From NCBI GenBank assembly GCA_965206595.1, contig OZ242214.1, positions 1,696,001 through 1,760,000 on the forward strand: a stretch of 64,000 nucleotides of DNA. The letters are read 5' to 3'. The notes beneath the pieces were generated by a model that was not told the DNA's origin, ran no database searches, and worked only from the letters and a program-made list of their open reading frames with translations. Below are positions 1 through 9,428 of the stretch, one piece after another. The first letter of the stretch is position 1. Each line of letters starts with the position of its first letter. The position numbers were made by a program, and so were the translations under genes. The DNA is from Candidatus Latescibacterota bacterium (lineage in GTDB: Bacteria > Latescibacterota > UBA2968 > UBA8231).

Positions 1-798
1 GGTAGCGTCCTTCCTCCAGCAGATTCGCGTATACGGCGGCCGGGGCCTGGTCGACGAAACGGTCTTCGTGCAGGGTAGCCAGTACGTGGGCGCGCTCTTC
101 CGGGGCCAGGGCACGAGGCGAACGGCAAAGGCGCCGCGTCCCGGCGCGGCAGCGGGGGGGTGCGGTGGCGATAGACCGAAGCGCGGGCCACCCCCAGGGC
201 GCGGCAAGCCGGGGCCACCCCGACCGTGGTCGCCAACTGTTCGACCGCCGCGCTCATGCGTCGTCGCCGTTGGCGGGCCGGTTCAGGGGGATCCCCAGGA
301 TCTCGGAGGCTTTTTTTTGGATCTCGAGAATCACTTGGGCCTGCTCCAGACGCCGCCGCAGACGGGCGTTCTCCATGCGCAAGCGCTCGTTGTCGCTGGC
401 CACCGGGTCCCGACGACGGCCTTGGGGACCCCGCGGCGTGGCCAACGCCTGCAACGAGCCTTCCCGCCGCGCCCGCCGCCAGGCGGTCAGCTGCGAGGAG
501 TACAGGCCCTCGCGGCGCAGTAAGGCACCGACCTCCCCGGGAGCCCGGCAGACATCGGCTTCTTCCAGTACCCGCAGCTTATACTGGGCACTGAAATACC
601 GACGCTTGGCTCTGTCTGGCACTTCCGGATCGAGACGAGGAACCTCGGGGGTGGACTCTTCCACAGGCAACGAAACTCGCTCCGCCTTTCCAGTACGGGA
701 AGCCATCTTCTATCGCTCTCCTTTCCGCCCTCCTGACTACTCTAAACTCCGATGCGGAAATGTCTCACTCTATGAAAATGTCTCACTCTATATTGGCA
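1..798 (-). mobile_element. IS3-family insertion sequence, partial (runs off the window edge); near-identical to the copy at 41657-43227
   Basis: Reverse complement of the 5' part of the second copy; IRL TGCCAATATAGAGTGAGACA ends at 798; identical OrfA protein. Confidence 0.92.
254..706 (-). CDS. IS3-family transposase OrfA (HTH plus leucine zipper)
   Basis: RRYFSAQYKLRVL...LYSSQLTAWRR, coiled-coil tail, A8G slippery site near the end. Confidence 0.9.
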   Translation of the reverse strand: MASRTGKAERVSLPVEESTPEVPRLDPEVPDRAKRRYFSAQYKLRVLEEADVCRAPGEVGALLRREGLYSSQLTAWRRARREGSLQALATPRGPQGRRRDPVASDNERLRMENARLRRRLEQAQVILEIQKKASEILGIPLNRPANGDDA

Positions 799-1123
799 CG
801 TAGGGCCCGGTCGGCACCTCCACAGGCTGCCCACGTCCGGCTGCCGACCTGATCGTCCGCCTCAATGCCGACCGAGCCTCCTGTCTGGCCCTGTCCATGT
901 AGCCGTAGGTGCACATCCTGGGATCCACCCACCGCGGAATGGACCGGGGCCTGTGCCGATAGTGCGAATTGTAGATGGTTTCATGTCCATCGGCCGGGCC
1001 GTTGTGTCCGTGAGCGAGCCCGTTCCGGAAGATGCTCACGAGATTCTCCGCCTGGCTCCCATGATAGATCAACCCTGTCTCCTCGAAGCGGGGAAGAAGC
1101 CAGTTCATCTCTTCCCGGGACAT
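788..1123 (-). pseudogene. Hypothetical protein with an ADP-ribosyltransferase/PARP/Tpt1-like N-terminal motif, probably truncated by IS3
   Basis: YHGSQAENLVSIFRNGL motif; start overlaps the radical SAM stop (TAATG); ORF runs into the IS3 IRL. Confidence 0.45.
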
Positions 1124-2511
1124 TACGCCAGGCATGGGGAAAGCCTCCCTTCAGCTACAGCCGGATCATAGCCGATTCGCCCGAAGTTCCTGAGTGCCAG
1201 GTGATATCCGACATTTCGAAGGATGTTCCACCAGAGTCCCGTCCTCGAGCGCCGCATCCGCTCGGCTATCGAGCCCACCGAATAGAATTCCCGGGCCGCC
1301 CACTCCGTCCCCATCAGCAACTCCACCGGAGACATTCGGGCGGGCTCGAAGACAACGTGCTTCTTCCCGTCATACTTCGACCAGTCCCTGGTCAGAATCC
1401 GCCCCTCCGCGTCCAGCCGCCTGAACAAGGCCGTATTGGGAAAGGGCACCAGAATCCCGATGGTCGCCGAATCGATGGCGATCTGGCGAAAATACTCCAC
1501 CGTATCACGAAATATGGAGCGCTCATCGTTATCGAATCCGAAGACAGTACCGGCCTGGATTGCAATTCCGTGGGCATGAAGGCGGTGGACCGCTTCATGG
1601 TATCGAGAGACATCGTTGTGCTTCTTGTTCGCACCGTTCAGACTGGCTTGCGAGACGGACTCGAGGCCGATGAAGAGCGCCTTGCAGCCACTCTTCGCCG
1701 CAAGGCGCAGGAACTCGTCATCGAAGGCCGCATCCAAGGTCGCCTGGCTCGTCCACCACCTGCCCAACGGAGCCATGGCCTCGAAGAGCTCCTTGGAATG
1801 CCTGCGATTCGCGTTGATGTTGTCATCCCAGAACACCAGCGCCTTGCCGGGCATCCGGCGGATCTCATCGGCCACCTCACCGACGGGGCGGTACCGCATC
1901 CGCCGCTTGTACATGGCCGGTATCGAGCAGTAGTCGCAATCGAAGGGACATCCGCGGGTGGCGATGGTGACCCCCTTGCCGTAGACACGCCCCTTGATCA
2001 GGTCCCAACGCGGCGGCGGCATTCCCTTCAGGTCGGGCAGGGACTCACTGTGATAGACCTTGGCGAGCCGGCCCTGCTCGAAGTCCCCCAGCAGGCGCGG
2101 CCAGAGGAGCTCTCCTTCCCCGATGACGACTGCATCCGCGTGCTCACCGACCTCCTCCGGCATGAGGGTTGCGTGAGGACCTCCGATAACCACCGGGATC
2201 CCTTGGTCGCGGTATCTCCTGGCCAGCCCGTAGGCATGAGGGGCGGCGGCGGTGTTGGCGGTAATGCCCACCAGGGAGAAGGGCCGGTCGAACCGGACTC
2301 TCTGCACAATCTCGTCGGTGTGCGTAACCCGCCAATGCTCGGGAGTGTACGCCGCAATGAGCGGCATCGTGAGCTGAGGAAAGCGAATGATCCGGCGGTA
2401 GCGGACAAACCGCGACTTCTCGGATTCCGCCGTGATCAGTTCAACCCAGTGCGTGTATGTCCGTCTGCCCATCCGTCGCTCGAGGTCTGGCACTGCGCGG
2501 ACAGTTTCCAT
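1123..2511 (-). CDS. B12-binding domain radical SAM protein (start uncertain)
   Basis: TRGCPFDCDYC (CxxxCxxC); VVIGGPHAT and GEGE motifs of the cobalamin-binding domain; IGLES, FGFDND. Confidence 0.9.
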   Translation of the reverse strand: METVRAVPDLERRMGRRTYTHWVELITAESEKSRFVRYRRIIRFPQLTMPLIAAYTPEHWRVTHTDEIVQRVRFDRPFSLVGITANTAAAPHAYGLARRYRDQGIPVVIGGPHATLMPEEVGEHADAVVIGEGELLWPRLLGDFEQGRLAKVYHSESLPDLKGMPPPRWDLIKGRVYGKGVTIATRGCPFDCDYCSIPAMYKRRMRYRPVGEVADEIRRMPGKALVFWDDNINANRRHSKELFEAMAPLGRWWTSQATLDAAFDDEFLRLAAKSGCKALFIGLESVSQASLNGANKKHNDVSRYHEAVHRLHAHGIAIQAGTVFGFDNDERSIFRDTVEYFRQIAIDSATIGILVPFPNTALFRRLDAEGRILTRDWSKYDGKKHVVFEPARMSPVELLMGTEWAAREFYSVGSIAERMRRSRTGLWWNILRNVGYHLALRNFGRIGYDPAVAEGRLSPCLA

Positions 2512-2542
2512 ATGGTCACTTCGAGGTAACCACAGGACTGAG

Positions 2543-3151
2543 GTGTACCCCGTCAACCGGAAAAAAATCGGGCTTGCGCAGACGGCGAGGACACCCTGTC
2601 GGCATCGCCGGCGGGCACTTCGCTCCCGGGTCCTGGCAGTGGGCGCGGCGATCGCTGCCTTTCTCGCGGCTTCGGCCTGCGACCGCGGCCTCGAGGCCGA
2701 ACCGCCGCTCACCGGCATCTCGGGAACCGTGACCTTCCAGGGGGAGTGGACGGAGGATATCGGCCAGGTAGCCGTAGCCGTGTACCGCGACCTGCCCGAG
2801 GAGGCGACGGACCTGTTCGGCCTCAGCGGCGCCGATCAGGATGTCCTCCTCGGCAGCCGCAGCTACGACTATTTCGTGCCACTCGAAAACGAAGGGGTCT
2901 ACCGCTGGATCATCGTCGCCTGGCGGCGGCCCGACGCCTTCTGGGATTTCACCTCCCTCCTCGGGTGCTATCACGTCGAGGGGGATTCGCTTCCGGGAGC
3001 GGTCGAGGTCTCTCCCGGCCGCGTCACCACCGGCATCGACCTCACCGTCGATCTCGGTCTGGTCGCCGATCCCCCCGAGGTCGGTTCCACCCTCTGCACC
3101 GCGGTTCTGCCCGAGGCCCTGATCGAGGCCGCCCAGGGGGGCTCGCAGTGA
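2543..3151 (+). CDS. Putative lipoprotein (start uncertain)
   Basis: Basic N-terminus, hydrophobic stretch, LAASAC lipobox; stop overlaps the TonB receptor start. Confidence 0.65.
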   Translation: MYPVNRKKIGLAQTARTPCRHRRRALRSRVLAVGAAIAAFLAASACDRGLEAEPPLTGISGTVTFQGEWTEDIGQVAVAVYRDLPEEATDLFGLSGADQDVLLGSRSYDYFVPLENEGVYRWIIVAWRRPDAFWDFTSLLGCYHVEGDSLPGAVEVSPGRVTTGIDLTVDLGLVADPPEVGSTLCTAVLPEALIEAAQGGSQ

Positions 3152-5433
3152 TGACGTCCGCCCGTTTCCTCGGCCTGGTGCTGCTTGCAGGCGGCATGCT
3201 TTCGTCCGCATCGGCGGTTCCGGAGACCGGCGCCGAGATCAGCGGCCGGATCGTGGCCGCCGGCGACAGCACCGCCCTTGCCGGGGCGAACGTCTACCTG
3301 GAAAAGACCGGAGAGGGATCCCTCGCCGGGGAAGGTGGCAGCTTCCGCTTTGCGGTCGAGTCGGGGCCGCAGCTCCTCGTCATCTCCTTTGTCGGTTACC
3401 GCACCCGCTCCGTCGGCATCGAGGTCGGAGACGGGCAATCCCTCGATCTCGGCAGCATCCTCCTCGAGGAGTCCGCGGTGGAGCTGCCCGGAGTCGTGAT
3501 CACCGCGACGCGGAGGCCGCAGCCGTTCGCCGAGGCCCCGATCAGCATGTCGGTGACCGACCGGCGGGAGCTGTCCGGCTTCAACTCATTCAGCCTCTCC
3601 GGGCCTCTGCGCCATCTTCCCGGTGTCAGCCAGGTGGGCAGCCAGGTCAGCATCCGCGGTTCGAGCGGGTACAGCCGCGGCACGGGCAGCCGCGTGCTGT
3701 TGCTTTTGGACGGGGTCCCGGCGCTTTCGGCCGACCAGGGGGACATCAAGTGGGACATCATCCCGGTCACCGAGGTGGAGCGGGTCGAGCTGATAAAGGG
3801 GGCCGGTTCGGCCATGTACGGAACCGGTGCGCTCGGCGGCGTCATCAACGTGTTGACCCGCTCCCCGTCGGAGCTTCCCGAGACCCGCTTCCGCCTCGTA
3901 AGCGGCCTTTACGACCAGCCGGCGCATCCCTCCTGGAAGTGGCGGGACCTCATGTACCTCGGCGGCGTCGACGTCAGCCACTCCCGCACGACCGCCGCGG
4001 GCGGCTACCTCGTCTCCTCGGGCCACAAGCGCGGCACAGGGTACCGCGAGAACGGCGAGTCGACCCGCTACAACCTGTTCGCCAAGGGGACCCGCCAGCT
4101 CGGCAGGCATACCCGCTGGACCGGACTGGCAAACTGGGCGTACGACGATCACGCGGTTTTTCTGCAGTGGAAGGACCGCGCCAGCCCGCTGTTGGTACCG
4201 GAAGGAGACCGCGACGCCGCCACGGTTTCCTGGAAGCTCAACCTCAACACAGAGATGACCCACCTCGTGAATCCGGGGACGAACCTGCGGTGGCGGGGGT
4301 TCTACTTCCGCACCGACTTCGACAACACCCGGGCGGCCGGCGGCCTGGCGTCGGCGGGCCACAAGATCGGCACCGAACTGCAGCTCGACCTCGGGGAACG
4401 GCTCGGCAGCCGCGGGGTCATCGTCGGCGCCACCGGGATCTACGACCTGGCGCGGTCGCCGGCCGATTTCCTCGGCGAGCGCACCGTTCTCAACACCGCC
4501 CTGTACGCCCAGAACGTCGTGGACTTCCGGGACCTCGAGGTCACCCTCGGCATGCGCGCCGATCTTCACCGCCGCGGCGCAGGAGAGGGTTCGGAAGCCG
4601 GGGGGCCGTGCGGGTCAGCGGATGCTAACCGCCGGATCGCCGCGCACACCGAGGCCCAGTTCAGCCCCCAGATCGGGCTGTCCTGGAAAGCGGCCCCCGG
4701 CGCCATCCGGCTCTCGGCCGGACGCGGTTTCCGGGCCCCCTCGGTCACGGAGATTCACGTTCAGGCCGATGCCTCGGGGATTCTCGTCTGTCCGAATCCC
4801 GGCCTCGCTTCCGAGCGCAGCTGGTCGTACGAGGCGGGGATCAGGCGGGTTCTCGCAGGGGCGCTCGCCATCGACGGCGCCCTGTTCTGGAACGAGTTCG
4901 AAGGCCTGATCGAAGCCAGGCCCGAACCGACCTCGGCGATCGTCCCCCGGGCGAGCTTTCGCAACATCTCGCGCGCCCGCATTCGCGGGCTGGAGCTGGA
5001 GCAGCAGCTGGCGCTTCCGTTCGGGGCGATATGGAAGGCCTCCTACACCTACGTCGACGCCCTCGAGTTCCTCGCCGAGGGGGTGCCGCTGCCGCCGTAC
5101 TGCCACGACGACCTGCGTCCCGGGGACACCGCGCCGCTGCCGTACCGGTCCCGCCATGCCGTCACCTCGAGCCTCGGCATGGGGAGGGGGTCTAACCGGG
5201 GCGGCCTCAGCTTTCGCTACATGAGCCGCTTCGAGCGCGTCTCGGGACTGTTCGCCGAGTGCGGGCGCGACCACTTGCCGGTCTACCTCGTCGACGCCTT
5301 CGTCGAGCGCCGGGTCGGCCTCGCGACGCTCACCTTTCGTGTCGACAACCTGTTGCGCTACCACTACATCCTGTCCGAGCGCGAGGTACGCCCCCTGCGG
5401 CGGGTCACCGTAGCGCTCTCCGGGACCCTGTAA
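3151..5433 (+). CDS. TonB-dependent receptor with N-terminal carboxypeptidase-regulatory-like domain
   Basis: Signal peptide, SFVGY, VVITATR TonB box, plug motifs SIRG and ERVELIKGAGSAMYGTGALGGVINV, GFRAPS, NPGLASE. Confidence 0.93.
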   Translation: MTSARFLGLVLLAGGMLSSASAVPETGAEISGRIVAAGDSTALAGANVYLEKTGEGSLAGEGGSFRFAVESGPQLLVISFVGYRTRSVGIEVGDGQSLDLGSILLEESAVELPGVVITATRRPQPFAEAPISMSVTDRRELSGFNSFSLSGPLRHLPGVSQVGSQVSIRGSSGYSRGTGSRVLLLLDGVPALSADQGDIKWDIIPVTEVERVELIKGAGSAMYGTGALGGVINVLTRSPSELPETRFRLVSGLYDQPAHPSWKWRDLMYLGGVDVSHSRTTAAGGYLVSSGHKRGTGYRENGESTRYNLFAKGTRQLGRHTRWTGLANWAYDDHAVFLQWKDRASPLLVPEGDRDAATVSWKLNLNTEMTHLVNPGTNLRWRGFYFRTDFDNTRAAGGLASAGHKIGTELQLDLGERLGSRGVIVGATGIYDLARSPADFLGERTVLNTALYAQNVVDFRDLEVTLGMRADLHRRGAGEGSEAGGPCGSADANRRIAAHTEAQFSPQIGLSWKAAPGAIRLSAGRGFRAPSVTEIHVQADASGILVCPNPGLASERSWSYEAGIRRVLAGALAIDGALFWNEFEGLIEARPEPTSAIVPRASFRNISRARIRGLELEQQLALPFGAIWKASYTYVDALEFLAEGVPLPPYCHDDLRPGDTAPLPYRSRHAVTSSLGMGRGSNRGGLSFRYMSRFERVSGLFAECGRDHLPVYLVDAFVERRVGLATLTFRVDNLLRYHYILSEREVRPLRRVTVALSGTL

Positions 5434-5448
5434 GGGGCCGCTGCCTTC

Positions 5449-7161
5449 ATGGCGAGCCACGCCTGTCCCTGGCAGGAGTGGAGGGAGGCCCTGGACAAGG
5501 GCGCCTTCGCCGGTGAATTCGCCCGCCTTTACGGCCCCGGTCAGGTCGCCCTGTGGGAGCGGAGGTACGCCCGCGCCCTCGACGCCTATGCGGAATCGTA
5601 CGGCAACGGCTCCCGGGTCGTGTTGGTGCGCTGCCCCGGGCAGATGAACCTCATGGGGATGCACCTCGACTACGGCGGCATGCCGTCGCTGCGCATGGCG
5701 GTCAGGGGCGCCGACGTCATAACCGTAGCAGGCCGGCAGGAAGGCTCCTCGGCGACCGGCGTCCGCCTGCGTTCCATCGGGGATTGCCCCGGGGCAGCGG
5801 ATCCGTTCCCGGCAGTCGAGCTCGAACTGCGCGACATCGACCCCGGGCGGGATGTCCGTTCCCGGGAGGCGTTCATCGATTTCGCCAGCGGCGTCTGCTC
5901 CCGGCGCGAGCAGGAGACCGGCAGCAGCCTGGCCGGCGATTGGGGAGTGCTGCCTCGTGGTCAGATGGCCTATCTGTCGAGCCGCTTCCGCGGCCGCATC
6001 GGTGGATTCGACGGGGTGCTCTGGAGCAACGTCCCCTCTGCCGGAGGTATGTCGTCCTCCTCGGCGGTGGTGGTGTCGACGGCCTACGCCGCATTGGCCG
6101 TGAACGGCCTGACTCCTGGGGTGGATATTCCCCTGGTGGATCTCGCCGACGGCATCGGCATCTCCGAGTGGCTGCGCGGGACGCGCGGCGGCTGCTCCGA
6201 TCACGGCGGCATGATCATGGGCAGGGAGGGAGAGCTGGTAGCGGTCGGGGCGCTGCCGGCCGGCGACGAGGGACGGGTGCGGCTGCCGCCGGAATACGCC
6301 GCGGTCAGCTTCGACAGCGGCGTTCCGCGGCGCTACGACGAGGCCGCCAAGGACGAGACCGTCATCTCCTATCCACTTGCGGTCTTCGCGCTGCGGGAGC
6401 TGGTCCTTCCGGTGCTCGCAAGAGACGCGGATTGTCCCGGTATCGCGGGACGAGGGTGCCTGCGGCTGCTGCGGGATGTGACCCCGGGGAACCTCGGTCT
6501 CTCCCAGGCGCAGATCTTCGAGCTGCTGCGGGCGCTGCCGCGCCGCACCTCGTTGAGGGAGGTCGAGCGCTGGGCAGGGGAAGCCGGCAGGGAGGCACAG
6601 TTCTCCGACTTTCGCGACCGCGAGGTCGGCGACCGCTACCCGCACCTGTCTGCGGATCATCCGATTCTGCTGCGCCGGCGCGCCGCTTTCGCCCTGGCCG
6701 AGCAGGATCGCGTGCACATGATGCGGGACTTCCTCCACAGGGGCGACATGGGCAACGTCCTGCGACTGATCCGTCTTTCCCACTCAGGCGAACGCGACCG
6801 GGAGGTCGGCGGCGAGCTGTTGGCGCGCCACGCTGCCGGGGTCGCCGCAGGAGACGGGCGCTGGCGCCTCTGCTTCCTGGCGGGAGGGTACGGCCGCATG
6901 ACCCCCGAGTACGACCGCGTGGTGGAAGCCGTAAACAGCTGTCTCGTGGAGCTCGGCGGAGAGGAAGCCGGGGCGGTGCAGCGGCTCGGAGCCGGCTGGG
7001 GGGGAAGGGCCGGCGGCCTGGTGCGCCGCGACTGTGTCGAAGGGGCCCCGGCGCGGCAACTGGCGGCCGCGGTTGGCCAGCGCACGAGAATCGAGATGGA
7101 GCTGCAGGCGAGCGTCGTCGCCCCTGGGGACGGGGCCTCCCTGCTGCAGCTCCCGTCCTGA
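5449..7161 (+). CDS. GHMP-family (galactokinase-like) kinase, divergent
   Basis: PGQMNLMGMHLDY, VPSAGGMSSSSA and RLGAGWGG motifs. Confidence 0.8.
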   Translation: MASHACPWQEWREALDKGAFAGEFARLYGPGQVALWERRYARALDAYAESYGNGSRVVLVRCPGQMNLMGMHLDYGGMPSLRMAVRGADVITVAGRQEGSSATGVRLRSIGDCPGAADPFPAVELELRDIDPGRDVRSREAFIDFASGVCSRREQETGSSLAGDWGVLPRGQMAYLSSRFRGRIGGFDGVLWSNVPSAGGMSSSSAVVVSTAYAALAVNGLTPGVDIPLVDLADGIGISEWLRGTRGGCSDHGGMIMGREGELVAVGALPAGDEGRVRLPPEYAAVSFDSGVPRRYDEAAKDETVISYPLAVFALRELVLPVLARDADCPGIAGRGCLRLLRDVTPGNLGLSQAQIFELLRALPRRTSLREVERWAGEAGREAQFSDFRDREVGDRYPHLSADHPILLRRRAAFALAEQDRVHMMRDFLHRGDMGNVLRLIRLSHSGERDREVGGELLARHAAGVAAGDGRWRLCFLAGGYGRMTPEYDRVVEAVNSCLVELGGEEAGAVQRLGAGWGGRAGGLVRRDCVEGAPARQLAAAVGQRTRIEMELQASVVAPGDGASLLQLPS

Positions 7162-7171
7162 GGAGGAAAAG

Positions 7172-8383
7172 ATGGAACAGGAACAACAGGCAGGTTTGCT
7201 GCAGGGCGTCCGCGTCCTCGATCTGACCCGCGTCCTCGCCGGCCCCTTCGCCTCGATGATCCTCGCCGATTTCGGGGCCGAGGTCGTCAAGGTCGAGCTT
7301 CCCGGAACCGGGGACGAGGCGCGCGGGTTCGGGCCTTTCGTCAACGGCGAGAGCGCCTACTTCGCCAGCGTCAACCGCGGCAAGAAGAGCGTCGCCGTCG
7401 ACCTGCGCAGCGAGCGCGGGCAGGAGCTAGTGCGCGCCCTGGCCTGCAGGTGCGACCTGCTGCTCGAAAACTTCCGCCCCGGCAGCATGGCGCGGTTCGG
7501 ACTCGGTTTCGAGCGCCTGCACGCCGAGAACCCCCGCCTTGTCTACGCCTCGATATCCGGTTTCGGGCAGACCGGTCCGTACGCGGAGCGGCCGGCCTAC
7601 GACGTCATCATCCAGGCGATGAGCGGCATCGCCAGCATCACCGGGATCGAGGGCCAGCCCCCGGTCAGGGTCGGCTCCTCGATAGCGGATCTGAGCGCCG
7701 CCCTCTACGGGGTCATCGGCATGGTCGCCGCCCTGTCTCGGGCCCGGGAAACAGGCCGGGGGCAGCACCTCGACGTCTCCATGCTCGACTGCCAGATCGC
7801 CCTGCTCGAGAACGCCATCGCCCGCTACGACGTCTCCGGGGAGGTGCCTGCACCCCTGGGCAGCCGCCACCCGGCGATCACGCCGTTCCAGTTCTTCCGG
7901 GCCGCGGACGGGTACCTCGTGATCGCGGCCGGCAACAACCGCCTGTGGCGGTCGCTGTGCGAGACCATCGGCTCCCCGGAGCTGTGCGAGGACGAGCGCT
8001 TTGCGACCAACGAGCTGCGCACCCGGAACCACGCCGAGATGGAAGAGCTGCTGGCCGCCACGCTTGCGCGTCGTCCGGTGGAGGAATGGTGCGACCTTCT
8101 CGGTCAGGCAGGGGTCCCGTGCGGACCGATCCACGACATAGGGGAGGTGGTGGCCGATCCCCACGTCGCCGCCCGCGGCGCCATCAGGCGTCAGGAGGTG
8201 CCGGCCGCCGGAGCCTCGATCGCCGTTCCAGCCTCACCGCTGAGGTTCTCGCAGGCCGACTGCGTCCTCGATCCGCGCCCGGCTCCCGACCTGGGGCAGC
8301 ACACCGATGAAGTCCTCGGGGAGCTGGCCGGGGTTTCCCAGGACGAGCTGGCCCGCCTGCGGACCGAGGGCGTTATCGGGTGA
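7172..8383 (+). CDS. Family III CoA-transferase (CaiB/BaiF)
   Basis: LDLTRVLAGP, NRGKKS, ENFRPG, ISGFGQTGP, PAYD; AGGAGG RBS. Confidence 0.95.
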   Translation: MEQEQQAGLLQGVRVLDLTRVLAGPFASMILADFGAEVVKVELPGTGDEARGFGPFVNGESAYFASVNRGKKSVAVDLRSERGQELVRALACRCDLLLENFRPGSMARFGLGFERLHAENPRLVYASISGFGQTGPYAERPAYDVIIQAMSGIASITGIEGQPPVRVGSSIADLSAALYGVIGMVAALSRARETGRGQHLDVSMLDCQIALLENAIARYDVSGEVPAPLGSRHPAITPFQFFRAADGYLVIAAGNNRLWRSLCETIGSPELCEDERFATNELRTRNHAEMEELLAATLARRPVEEWCDLLGQAGVPCGPIHDIGEVVADPHVAARGAIRRQEVPAAGASIAVPASPLRFSQADCVLDPRPAPDLGQHTDEVLGELAGVSQDELARLRTEGVIG

Positions 8384-9418
8384 GGGGTCCGCGCCGGTAA
8401 TTCGCGGAGACCGGACAGCTACATCCAGTCGATGGGGGATCCCGGCCTCCGCGGCCAGCTCGTCGAGGCGCCCGGCTTCCTCCCTGCCGATGCGGATGCC
8501 GGTCTGCCGCTGCTCCTTCTCCAGGCGGTCCTCGACCGTTCCCGGCAAGGTGGCTTCGTCGTACCCCTGCAGGGGAATCATCTGCTCGCGGGCGAGGCGG
8601 ACCATCTCGTCGACGCCGTTGCGGAAATCGCCCGGCGGGCAGAAGAGGCCGATGTCCATCACCCAGACCATGCCACCGAGTCTGGCGGCTGGGTATCTCC
8701 GCTTCGTCTCCCGGCACGACTCGTCGGCGAGGCCGACGAAGACCCCCCCGAGGGCGGTGGCGGCCGCGGTGTACCCCATCGACTTGAAGAACGCCGCGGG
8801 GATCAGGGTTTCCAGGGCCTCGTATTCCGGTCCGCGCCAGTAGTCGGCCATGATGCAGGTGGCGCAGTCGAGGACGACAGGGGGCTCCGAGGCGCTCGGC
8901 AGGCCGAAGCTGAGGGGCGGATTGCCGTAGTACATCGCCCGCTTCCCCTCGTTCGACTCGTAGTACTGCGGGTAGGACCCCTGTACCGAGAAGGCAGTGC
9001 AGCCCTCCTCCATGGCGCGCCGCACGTAGTGCCCGGCCGAGCCGTAATGGCCGATGTTGCAGGCCGCTCCGACGGCAACCCCCTTGGCGCGGGCCTTCCG
9101 GACCGCCGCCTCGGTAGCCATCATCATGGGCGAGTACCCGAGCCCGCCGCCGCCGTCGATCTGGATCGCCACGTCCGTCTCCTTGAGGACGCGAATCTCG
9201 GGGTCGGTGTTGACGACTCCGCCCTTTAGCGCGCCGCAGTAGCCGCCGAGGGCGCGGGTCCCGTGGGAGCGCACCCCGCGCAGATCGGAGTTGACCAGGC
9301 AGCGGGCCAGCAGCGAAGCCTGGTCGCCCGGCATGCCCGCATGCTGCAGGCTGGCGGTCGCGAAGGCCAACAGGTCCTTCTCGGCGATGCGTCTGAATTC
9401 TTCCGGGGGTCGGTTCAT
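8234..9418 (-). CDS. Ldh_2 family (malate/L-lactate/sulfolactate-type) oxidoreductase; 3' end overlaps the convergent CoA-transferase
   Basis: DLRGVRSHG, IDGGGGLG, HYGSAGHY, GNPPLSFG motifs. Confidence 0.88.
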   Translation of the reverse strand: MNRPPEEFRRIAEKDLLAFATASLQHAGMPGDQASLLARCLVNSDLRGVRSHGTRALGGYCGALKGGVVNTDPEIRVLKETDVAIQIDGGGGLGYSPMMMATEAAVRKARAKGVAVGAACNIGHYGSAGHYVRRAMEEGCTAFSVQGSYPQYYESNEGKRAMYYGNPPLSFGLPSASEPPVVLDCATCIMADYWRGPEYEALETLIPAAFFKSMGYTAAATALGGVFVGLADESCRETKRRYPAARLGGMVWVMDIGLFCPPGDFRNGVDEMVRLAREQMIPLQGYDEATLPGTVEDRLEKEQRQTGIRIGREEAGRLDELAAEAGIPHRLDVAVRSPRITGADPSPDNALGPQAGQLVLGNPGQLPEDFIGVLPQVGSRARIEDAVGLREPQR

Positions 9419-9428
9419 CGCGGCCCTT

